Origin: an uncultured delta proteobacterium
GTDB lineage: Bacteria; Desulfobacterota; Binatia; UBA9968
NCBI GenBank assembly: GCA_963745835.1
Contig: CAVUZH010000020.1
Span: forward strand, 128,001-192,000
Reading direction: 5' to 3'
DNA: 64,000 nucleotides
Both the position numbers and the translations under genes were made by a program. The notes below the pieces were generated by a model. It did no database searches. It worked only from the letters and a program-made list of their open reading frames with translations, and had not been told where the DNA came from. The first letter of the stretch is position 1. Each line of letters opens with the position of its first letter. Below are positions 43,600-51,879 of the stretch, piece after piece.

Positions 43600-44976
43600 C
43601 TAGCGGATAAGGTCGCGGTACTCGAGTGGCATTCGCTGTTTCTCCGCCGGAGCCTCAGGCACGTGAGCGGGTAATGGCACATTGCTAACCGGTAGTTTTG
43701 GTCGATTTCTATTTTCTGTGCCGTCTTTGCTCGATGTCGTCATGCCGCTGCTATCAGCGGCAATTTCCTCCGGCAACTGCACGGTCACATACTTAGCCCC
43801 TTTGATGCCATCCGGGCCTTGCTCGCCCGGTTGACGGTAACGCTCGGCCGGTGGTCCGTCCTTGGGCATCTCTTCAGATCTGTTCTTACCTGACCTCCCT
43901 TCCGAGTTTTGTTTCATTTTACCTGCGGATTCATCAGTCGTCTTCTCGGGATTGTTCGGGTCCGATTGACTAGCCTTCTGCTCTTTTTGATCGCCTAAAT
44001 TTTTTTCTTGTCCTTTCCCCTGGGGATCTCCCTGCGCCGATTTTCCGTCTTTCATCTCCGGATTTAACTGCGCGGACAGTTCGCCCTTGGAGTCGCCACC
44101 GCCGCCTTGGCTCGTCTTTCCTTCGCCTTGGCCCTCCTGTGAAGCATTGCTCTGCACACCGCCACTGTCCTTTTTTTGTTCCTGCTGGCCTCCGCCGGCG
44201 GTCTCTTGTTCAAGACTCTTCAACGTACTGCTGGCGTCACTTAGGAGATTTTGATTATCCTGCTCCTGTTCTCTGTCTTGCTGTCGTTCGATCTGCTCCT
44301 GCATCTCGTCAATCAACGATTGCTTTTCCTGTGACGCAACTTGTAAATTATCAAGCTTATCGGCCAGCGATTGCAGGCCGCGAGCAATTTCCGCCAGCGG
44401 CGGGCGGTGTATCATTTGCTCTGCTAAGTCACGAATCCGCTGCTGCGGCGACACGCCAGATTTCGTGAAGCTGCTGTTTACAAGCAAATGGAACAGGAGG
44501 ATTAGTGCGAGCGAACCGATTGTCGACCAGTAGAAGGGCCGCTTGAGCTGATAAGGGAAGTCGCGTCTTATCTCAACGCGACTCAACATTCCCATCGCTT
44601 CACGCCGCAGACGAGCCAGCATAGCCTCGGATGAGGGCGATAATTCTATCGTGGCCAATGTTACGAAACGATCTTTCGCGTCTGCCTTATCATCGACCAG
44701 GCGCGCTGCCGCCGGCATTGACAGCACTCGCGGACGAATTCGAAGAATAACCGCGAGCAGTCCGATTACAATCACTGCTAAAGCCAGCAAAAGCAGCGGA
44801 AGCGCCGGAATCCATGCCCCCCGATACACGACAGCAAGCAAATAGAGGAGGGCCAAAACGGGCGGAGAAAAAGTAAGCAGGGAATCCCAAACGACGTGAT
44901 TGCGCAAATGTCGAACTAGACGATGAACGAAATCCTCCGGCGATCCATATTCCTGTTTGCCGACATAGCCATGCAT
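43600..44976 (-). CDS. Membrane protein with coiled coil and a G/Q/K/S-rich disordered tail (MoxR-operon associated)
   Basis: About 3 TM segments, A.LVD.....KDRF.T..E motif and C-terminal P.EYRDLIR; 17 bp upstream of moxR. Confidence 0.75.
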   Translation of the reverse strand: MHGYVGKQEYGSPEDFVHRLVRHLRNHVVWDSLLTFSPPVLALLYLLAVVYRGAWIPALPLLLLALAVIVIGLLAVILRIRPRVLSMPAAARLVDDKADAKDRFVTLATIELSPSSEAMLARLRREAMGMLSRVEIRRDFPYQLKRPFYWSTIGSLALILLFHLLVNSSFTKSGVSPQQRIRDLAEQMIHRPPLAEIARGLQSLADKLDNLQVASQEKQSLIDEMQEQIERQQDREQEQDNQNLLSDASSTLKSLEQETAGGGQQEQKKDSGGVQSNASQEGQGEGKTSQGGGGDSKGELSAQLNPEMKDGKSAQGDPQGKGQEKNLGDQKEQKASQSDPNNPEKTTDESAGKMKQNSEGRSGKNRSEEMPKDGPPAERYRQPGEQGPDGIKGAKYVTVQLPEEIAADSSGMTTSSKDGTENRNRPKLPVSNVPLPAHVPEAPAEKQRMPLEYRDLIR

Positions 44977-45022
44977 AACGCTGGACTATAACATTTCAAC
45001 GGGATGGCATAAATGCGCGCGC

Positions 45023-46054
45023 CTAACGGAGGCCAGACGTTTTGCGAGGCGCTGATGTGACCTCGCGAACGGGTTGATGGGTCCGCACCGCCTGATTATG
45101 CGACTCCAAGTCTTGTGAAAATATATGCGTGCCGTCGTTCTTTGAAACAAAGAACAGGTAGGGCACATCAGCCGGTCGCAAAGCCGCTTTGATGGACGCG
45201 AGGCTCGGATTGCAGATCGGCCCGGGCGGCAATGCCGGAATCCGGTAGGTGTTGTAAGGATTTTGATCTTTAAGATCTTTGCGGGTTAAATTGCCATCGA
45301 ATTCTTTCAAACCATAAATCACCGTTGGATCGCTTTGCAAAGCCATATTCCGTTTGAGCCGATTGTGAAAAACCGCCGAAATCCACGGCCGTTCAGCTTC
45401 GACGCCGGTTTCTTTCTCTATGATCGAAGCTAGAGTGATGATCTCGTGGCGGTTTAAATTGTGACCGCTACTGAGTTGCGCCCAAATGGGTTCAGATGCT
45501 TTACGGAACTGCTCCGCCATGGTTAGGATAATCTCCCTTTCAGAAGTCATCGGCGTAAATTGATACGTGTTTGGAAATAAGTAACCCTCCAGCCCTTTGT
45601 CCTGTAAGCCAAGAGTTGCCAATAACTCCGGATCCGCAGCGGCTGCAAGAAACTTCTCGCGATCAGCGATCCGCATTTTTGCGAGTAGCTCGGCGATTTC
45701 CTTGATCGTCAATCCTTCTGGAATGGTCACCATTAAAAACACCCGCTTGCCGGTAACCAAGCGCTGTAGAACCTCTTGCGGCGCCAAGGAAGGATCGAAA
45801 CGATAAACACCCCACTGAATCTTTTTATCCGAGCCGGTTAACCGCGCCCATAATGAGAATAGCTTTTCGTTTGGGATCACTCGCTGAGCGCGCAGTTTGC
45901 GGACCACAGCCGCAAAGGGCTCTCCCTGCTCAACTCGCAGTTCGACTGGCTGAGAATTCTCCGAGGTGGCGCGAAAGATATGAGCTACCAGGAACCCGCC
46001 AAACAGCAAGCCAGTAGCGATCAGAGCAAGTACCGTTAGAAAAAACCGCTTCAC
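45023..46054 (-). CDS. mltG: Endolytic transglycosylase MltG
   Basis: TIPEG, LEGYLFPNTY, LASIIEKE, LQSDPTV, YNTY...ALPPGPI.NP and YLFFVS..DG.H.FS motifs. Confidence 0.95.
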   Translation of the reverse strand: MKRFFLTVLALIATGLLFGGFLVAHIFRATSENSQPVELRVEQGEPFAAVVRKLRAQRVIPNEKLFSLWARLTGSDKKIQWGVYRFDPSLAPQEVLQRLVTGKRVFLMVTIPEGLTIKEIAELLAKMRIADREKFLAAAADPELLATLGLQDKGLEGYLFPNTYQFTPMTSEREIILTMAEQFRKASEPIWAQLSSGHNLNRHEIITLASIIEKETGVEAERPWISAVFHNRLKRNMALQSDPTVIYGLKEFDGNLTRKDLKDQNPYNTYRIPALPPGPICNPSLASIKAALRPADVPYLFFVSKNDGTHIFSQDLESHNQAVRTHQPVREVTSAPRKTSGLR

Positions 46055-46102
46055 GATTCGATTAAAAAGCTGGCAGGCGGGTCAGGATAGCTGGCGTCAC
46101 AA

Positions 46103-46681
46103 TCAATTTTCAGTGAGGTTGACCTTCATCCAACCATCCACTTGCCGCAGAAAACCAGCGAAAGGATCCTCTCCCGGTTGGGCGGCAAAATAGGCCTTGC
46201 GCGTGTAATCCAGCGCGCCAGAATAATATTCAAATTTGGTTGAAAGTTCTTGGAACAGAATGAAACCCGTGCGGTAGAGCGATACGTCCAACTCCGAAAC
46301 AGTCCAATAGGAGCGACTACCTTCTTTGATGTAATAATTGAGGAAACCGCGGCCTTCCACATATGTACGAAATATTCCGCTCATGAAAAGAGCGTAATCG
46401 CCGACGTATTTCCGGGTTTCTCGCTCGCGTAGAAGTTGGTTTTCGTTGGCCGGCGCCTCGGGTTCATGCGCCAGCATCTCAACAACACTTTCAATCTTCC
46501 GGCCCGCCCGCGAACGGAGGCGATAAAGACTATCGGTACGGGCAAAATCGGTCAACACGTCAGCGACGTAGCCGGCGACCGTTGCATCATAGATGCCGAG
46601 TTGCCAGAAACTCTGGCGAACCGCATTCAAAAAGAACTCCCGGAGTTTGTTGTCCGAGCTTTGCTTTTCCATTCTAAGCAT
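46103..46681 (-). CDS. Conserved hypothetical helical protein
   Basis: Y.AD.L..F and R..GDYALF.SG.F...YYI.EG..SY pattern; co-directional with mltG. Start uncertain. Confidence 0.7.
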   Translation of the reverse strand: MLRMEKQSSDNKLREFFLNAVRQSFWQLGIYDATVAGYVADVLTDFARTDSLYRLRSRAGRKIESVVEMLAHEPEAPANENQLLRERETRKYVGDYALFMSGIFRTYVEGRGFLNYYIKEGSRSYWTVSELDVSLYRTGFILFQELSTKFEYYSGALDYTRKAYFAAQPGEDPFAGFLRQVDGWMKVNLTEN

Positions 46682-46883
46682 TGATGATACCAAACTTACC
46701 CAAGCTTGAAAAGAATATCCCAGCGGCCATGAGCCGGCTTTCACTTACGGCGACACGCCTACTAACCGATAGCGGGTACACTGAGCCCGCTTCGGCGAAT
46801 GGGCAGAAATGGACGAATGGTAAAATTTGCGGTTTGTGTTTAACTAGATGCGCATTATGCCATTTTCGAAGGAGGAATTAGCG

Positions 46884-47399
46884 ATGGCGCGGGATTTAAA
46901 AGAGGCCTTTTTTCGTCTTGACGGCGCTTGGGCGTCATTCGAGCTCGGATCGATTCGGCGCCGTGACGATTACCTCAAACCTTTTCGAGTACTCCGCTGT
47001 AAAATCGACGATCAGGTCGACTTCCAAAGCCCGGGAGCACCCCAGAGTGCAACCGAGGCTTCCGTTTTGATCGAAGTCTTCGGCGAACAGGAGCTGGTGG
47101 CCGCGAGCGGGCGCGGCCCTGTTCATGCAGTCGACAATGCCATGCGCAAAATCCTTGAAAAACATTTCCCGCAACTCGCCGAAGTCAAGCTCGAGGAGTT
47201 CGATGTGCGGCTGCTGCCATACGAGCCGCGCGATGACGATGATAATGGCGCCGGCGCGCTCGTTCGTGTGCTGGGCATCTTTTCCGATGGAGAGGATCGT
47301 TGGGGAACCGTCGGTGTCGCAGTCGATATCCTCCAGGCAAGCCTTGAGTGCATCATCGACGGCCTGGAATGGAAGCTCAGAGGCGAGCAGAAGCATTGA
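46884..47399 (+). CDS. Stand-alone LeuA/CimA allosteric (regulatory) domain protein
   Basis: ASFEL, EASV..EV, G.GPV.A.D.A.RK.L...FPQL, VRV....SDG...WGTVGV..DI..AS motifs; GGAGGA SD before ATG 46884; no catalytic TIM barrel. Confidence 0.85.
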   Translation: MARDLKEAFFRLDGAWASFELGSIRRRDDYLKPFRVLRCKIDDQVDFQSPGAPQSATEASVLIEVFGEQELVAASGRGPVHAVDNAMRKILEKHFPQLAEVKLEEFDVRLLPYEPRDDDDNGAGALVRVLGIFSDGEDRWGTVGVAVDILQASLECIIDGLEWKLRGEQKH

Positions 47400-47439
47400 A
47401 ACTGTGCTAGTGCCGCCGATTGCCTGGCCGTGGGTATTC

Positions 47440-48285
47440 ATGTCGTCGTTGCCACTGAATCTTCTGTTTTGGACAGTGCTCTCAACAACATTGGTCGGCG
47501 GTTGCAGGATCGAGGACAGATTTATTTTTCATCCTGATCATGTTACGGACCGGGATCCAAGTCATATCGGACTCACATTCGAAAACGTTTTCTTTACAAC
47601 GCAAGATGGCATCCGGTTACACGGCTGGTTTATCCCGCATGAAGACGCCCGCGCCACTCTTGTCTGGTTTCACGGCAACGCCGGAAATATTAGTGATCGC
47701 CTGCTCAATATCAAGCTGCTCCACGACAGGATCAACACTAATATCTTTATTTTTGACTATCGCGGCTACGGTCAAAGCGAAGGGAGCGTCTCGGAGAAAG
47801 GCACGTACCTTGATGGCGAGGCGGCAATTGCATATTTGCTGGGGCGCGATGACGCCGCCGCGCGCAAGCTAATCCTGTTCGGCCGATCGCTTGGCGCGGC
47901 GGTCGCCGCAGAGATGGCCACCCGATTCACTACCCTCGGCCTGATCCTGGAAAGCCCGTTCGTTTCAATCCGGGAAATGGCACTTGAGATTTTTCCTTCA
48001 TTACCGATTGGTTGGCTGCTCCGGACCCGGTACGACACCCTGGAAAAAGTTCGCCTGGTTAAAACCCCGATATTGGTTTTGCACGGCGACCGTGACGCCA
48101 CCGTTCCGTTCGCACACGGAAAAAGAATTTTCGAGGTTGCCTCGCAACCTAAAAGATTTCACCGGATCATCGGCGCCTCGCACAACGACACTTTCGTTGT
48201 TGGCGGCGAAAAGTACTACGAAATTTTGCGAGAGTTTATCGAAAGCACGTTTGCAGCAAATGAAAAGATTGAGCTGTCGCCTTAG
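47440..48285 (+). CDS. Alpha/beta hydrolase (ABHD13/17, Bem46-like)
   Basis: FHGNAGN, DYRGYG.S.G, GRSLG nucleophile elbow, HGDRD and H-N-D motifs. Confidence 0.92.
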   Translation: MSSLPLNLLFWTVLSTTLVGGCRIEDRFIFHPDHVTDRDPSHIGLTFENVFFTTQDGIRLHGWFIPHEDARATLVWFHGNAGNISDRLLNIKLLHDRINTNIFIFDYRGYGQSEGSVSEKGTYLDGEAAIAYLLGRDDAAARKLILFGRSLGAAVAAEMATRFTTLGLILESPFVSIREMALEIFPSLPIGWLLRTRYDTLEKVRLVKTPILVLHGDRDATVPFAHGKRIFEVASQPKRFHRIIGASHNDTFVVGGEKYYEILREFIESTFAANEKIELSP

Positions 48286-48372
48286 CGGCGCAAGGTATTC
48301 AGGAGTCGAGGCGGGCGAGGTGAATCACTATGCGCATTCAATAGCGGCTCATGAACAGCCGGAGAACGACAT

Positions 48373-50100
48373 TTAGAGTAATGATGCTTGGGCCTTGGTC
48401 CAAGCCGGCAGGTAAGCATTTCTGAGATACTGAAACATCATTCGTTGCGTGTTGAAAAACGAACCATTGAAGGCGACTGCCGAGCGCATGACATGAGCAA
48501 ATTTATCAGGAGCGTTGTAATAAAGAGGTAGAATTACTTCTCCCAATTTGTAGTAAAGAGAATCTACCTCAGTCTTGGTGTCGCCATCGCCGGAGCCCAA
48601 TCCGCCGATTGACCACCCGGTCACTCCCTCTATGTGGCCCTCAATCCACCAGCCATCTAAAACACTCAAGCTGGGCACGCCATTCAAGGCAGCTTTCATG
48701 CCGCTGGTACCAGAGGCTTCCTGAGGCCGCAGCGGAGTATTCAGCCAAACATCGACACCAGCACAAATCATTTTGCCGAGGGCCATATCGTAGTTTTCGA
48801 GATAAACGACCCGGACATCATTGGCCAGAGCTGCCGCTGCTTCAAAGATTCGACGAATGATCGCTTTTCCGCCATCATCACGGGGGTGGGCTTTACCGGC
48901 ATAGATCAGCTGAAGCGGTCCCACCTGTCGCGCAATATTCTTCAACCGATCTAAATCGGTGAAGAGCAGATCACCGCGCTTGTACGCCGTTGCGCGACGC
49001 GCAAAACCTAGAGTAAAAACGGCCTCGTCGAGTTGGCTGCCGGTCAGCCAGCGCACCTGCTGCAATAGTTCCCTCTTGGCTTCGGCGTGAGCTTCGCGAA
49101 CTTGCTGCAAAGGAAACCCGATCGCATGGCGAAGATAACAATTGTCGCGGCGCCAATCGGGTATGTGCCGGTCAAACAAGGTGGCGATCGGTTTCGCTAT
49201 CCAGGCTTCGGCGTGAACGCCGTTGGTGATCGCTTCGACACGTTGGCCGGGGAACATCTCGCGGGAGACCTCGCCATGCCGCATCGATACGGCATTAACA
49301 TAACCAGACAAACGCAGCGCCAGCTGGGTCATATTGAGCGAACCGTCCATGACTCCCACCTGACGCAGGAGCGCCCCGCGAGCTTCACCCAACACCTGAT
49401 ACACGAGGTCTGCGGGAAAGCGATCGTGCCCGGCCGGAACCGGCGTGTGAGTCGTAAAAACACACTGCCGCCGCACCGTTTCGATCTCGGTCTCAGAGAA
49501 GCGATGATTGGCGGATAGCTGCTCCAATAACGCTATGGTCGCTAGCGCGGAATGTCCTTCGTTCATGTGGTAGATCTTGAAGCCGGGGTAGTTTAGTGCG
49601 CGAAGCATCTGCACACCACCCAGTCCTAGTACCGCCTCCTGACAAAGACGGTAACGATCATCGCCGCCATAGAGATGATCGGTCAGAACTCGATCGCGTG
49701 AATCGTTCTCATCTAGGTCCGTATCTAGCAACAATAACGGGACGGTGTGGCCCATGATACCATGGAAGCGATACTGCCAGGCCCGTATTTTTACCTCCCT
49801 GCCTTCAATCATCACCGAAACGCGCGGCGGCAACGCTTCGAGAAACTTTTCTGGAGACCACTGCGATGGACTCTCTAATTGATTGCCAACGGCATCAAGC
49901 CGCTGATCAAAATAACCTTTTCGATGCAGGAGCGTGAAGGCGACCATCGGAACGCCCAAATCAGCTGCCGAGCGCAACGTATCACCGGACAAGATACCGA
50001 GGCCGCCGCTGTAGGTTGGAATATCCGAATCAATAGCCACGTCCATTGAAAAGTACGCGATTGTCGCCGGAACAGAAAAAGCAGTTGGTTCAGTCATCAT
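48373..50100 (-). CDS. glgP: Alpha-glucan family phosphorylase (short form)
   Basis: YSGGLG.L.GD, HMNEGH, FTTHTP..AGHD, ITNGVH, ARR...YKR and EASGTSGMKA (PLP Lys) motifs. Confidence 0.93.
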   Translation of the reverse strand: MMTEPTAFSVPATIAYFSMDVAIDSDIPTYSGGLGILSGDTLRSAADLGVPMVAFTLLHRKGYFDQRLDAVGNQLESPSQWSPEKFLEALPPRVSVMIEGREVKIRAWQYRFHGIMGHTVPLLLLDTDLDENDSRDRVLTDHLYGGDDRYRLCQEAVLGLGGVQMLRALNYPGFKIYHMNEGHSALATIALLEQLSANHRFSETEIETVRRQCVFTTHTPVPAGHDRFPADLVYQVLGEARGALLRQVGVMDGSLNMTQLALRLSGYVNAVSMRHGEVSREMFPGQRVEAITNGVHAEAWIAKPIATLFDRHIPDWRRDNCYLRHAIGFPLQQVREAHAEAKRELLQQVRWLTGSQLDEAVFTLGFARRATAYKRGDLLFTDLDRLKNIARQVGPLQLIYAGKAHPRDDGGKAIIRRIFEAAAALANDVRVVYLENYDMALGKMICAGVDVWLNTPLRPQEASGTSGMKAALNGVPSLSVLDGWWIEGHIEGVTGWSIGGLGSGDGDTKTEVDSLYYKLGEVILPLYYNAPDKFAHVMRSAVAFNGSFFNTQRMMFQYLRNAYLPAWTKAQASLL

Positions 50101-50240
50101 CCGTAAAATCTTGCGTTTGTCGCGTTAAATACAGGTTCGATGGTCTGGAGGGGAAATCAATCGTTTGCTCAATTTTTACCCCAAAATGATACCACGGGCG
50201 GCAAATCACGGCAATTCTTTGCTGCTAATTATGGGAACAG

Positions 50241-50960
50241 TTATGGATCGAGTCGATAAGTAGATATGAAATTTTTCCAGGATCCCAGTTCCGCAAGAGA
50301 TCGCAGAGCGATCAGTGTCGGAGGCATCATCGGCAGACCTCCCGACCCGGATAATTTTAAAGCTTCTTGCGGGGTGAGCCAAACGCTCTCGGCGACTTCC
50401 TCGGAACAATCGAGAGGTGTTTGTCCTTCCGGCAGGGAACCCACATAAAACCGGGTGTCGAAACGCACCGGGTGATGATTCGGAGTAATCCGATGGAACA
50501 GGTAAGTCAGCCGACCAACGTCGCAAAAGAGTTGCTCGGATTCCAACAAATCGGCCAACGCCAGCCTCCTGCGCCATAGTGCCTCACGACTTTGCGCCAG
50601 ACGCTCCCGAAGGGCATCCAAGTTTGGTTCAAGAGAGTCCCTTTGTTTGACGAAAAAGTGAATTCCAGTTTCTTCAAACAGCTCTCGTATTGCTGCCACC
50701 CAATGGCCCATCGCTTGTTCCGGAGTCATGGCTGCGGCTAAGATCTGCTTAGCCTCGGGCGGAGACAAACCGCGGCAGCGCGCCAACATTCTATCGGACC
50801 AGTCGTCTTCTTCCACGGCTCCGCCTGGAAACACCAGAAATCCAGCCAGAACCTTGAGATGCGGGGAACGACGGGTCATGAGAACTTCAAAACACCCGCC
50901 TCCTCCTGGTTTTGCCAGTATAACTGTTGAAGCTTTTCCGGGAACAACAAGTTCGCTCAT
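50241..50960 (-). CDS. NUDIX hydrolase (NUDT19-like)
   Basis: VFPGG.V..D...AAIRELFEETG and ITP...P.RFDTRF motifs. Confidence 0.88.
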   Translation of the reverse strand: MSELVVPGKASTVILAKPGGGGCFEVLMTRRSPHLKVLAGFLVFPGGAVEEDDWSDRMLARCRGLSPPEAKQILAAAMTPEQAMGHWVAAIRELFEETGIHFFVKQRDSLEPNLDALRERLAQSREALWRRRLALADLLESEQLFCDVGRLTYLFHRITPNHHPVRFDTRFYVGSLPEGQTPLDCSEEVAESVWLTPQEALKLSGSGGLPMMPPTLIALRSLAELGSWKNFISTYRLDP

Positions 50961-51032
50961 GAAACTCCTGATGGATGGCCCAGTAGTTTTGATTCGATTA
51001 CTTCAGCGGCTATGCCGGACGTCCAAGAACTC

Positions 51033-51821
51033 TCACCGCCTCATGACAGTTCGAAGCGATGGCGACGGTCTGCCGATATGAATGTGCGCCCCGGTCGATG
51101 AGCCGGGAATAACATTTCTAAACGCGATAAATGGGATCCGACTTTGACGTAGATGGGCGATTAAGGAGCGGCCTTCTTGGCTGTCAGGATGAAGCGCGAC
51201 ATCCATCGCATCTCTATGATCGAACTGTAGTCGATCATGAATCGCCGTTTGACCATGAGCACTGACGGGCAAGCTACGGCCGAAGGTCTCAAAAAAGAAA
51301 TTGTGAATCTTCGGCGCGTCACCGATAAACCAGACTCGATCGCCGTTGAAGCGAATAAGAGAACCGGTATCACTGTAGCCATTCGCCGCTAAGCTGGGCG
51401 ATTGCAACTGCTCGCCCACCAACGAAGCTTCAGTAATCGCGATATCTTGCTCGTTGAGCCAGCGTTTATCGCCTTCCAAACGCGCTATCGCCTCGCCAAG
51501 AGAGCGCTGGCTTTGCTCTAGCTCCGCTTTTGAAATTAACCCTTGACCATAAAATTGGCGCCGCTTTTCATATTCCACGGTAAGCTTTTTAACTTCTGCC
51601 TCACGCAATGCAATTAGCTTTTCGGCTCCGGCGCGTGAGTCCCTCATCTTTTGTAGGACATCGGCGCGCAGTTGCGCCAATGTGGCATCGGCCGCCGCCG
51701 CGCGGGAGATACTCGAAGTCGGTCTGGTCTTATTAGCTTGCCCGAGGACGCTGCCGACCGACGCCGGTAATACCAGGAAAGTGAGGAGGATTAGCGGCGC
51801 TGTACGGTTTGAGAACGACAT
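51033..51821 (-). CDS. Secreted coiled-coil protein with a C-terminal putative Zn metallopeptidase (LAS/M15-like) domain
   Basis: Signal peptide, coiled coil, then H..L.FDHRDAMDV and TGAHIHIG. Confidence 0.6.
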   Translation of the reverse strand: MSFSNRTAPLILLTFLVLPASVGSVLGQANKTRPTSSISRAAAADATLAQLRADVLQKMRDSRAGAEKLIALREAEVKKLTVEYEKRRQFYGQGLISKAELEQSQRSLGEAIARLEGDKRWLNEQDIAITEASLVGEQLQSPSLAANGYSDTGSLIRFNGDRVWFIGDAPKIHNFFFETFGRSLPVSAHGQTAIHDRLQFDHRDAMDVALHPDSQEGRSLIAHLRQSRIPFIAFRNVIPGSSTGAHIHIGRPSPSLRTVMRR

Positions 51822-51879
51822 GCTGTACTAAGTTCAGCTCTTTTCACAGAGCGAAGATGTTATACTCCTTAGCACCGTG

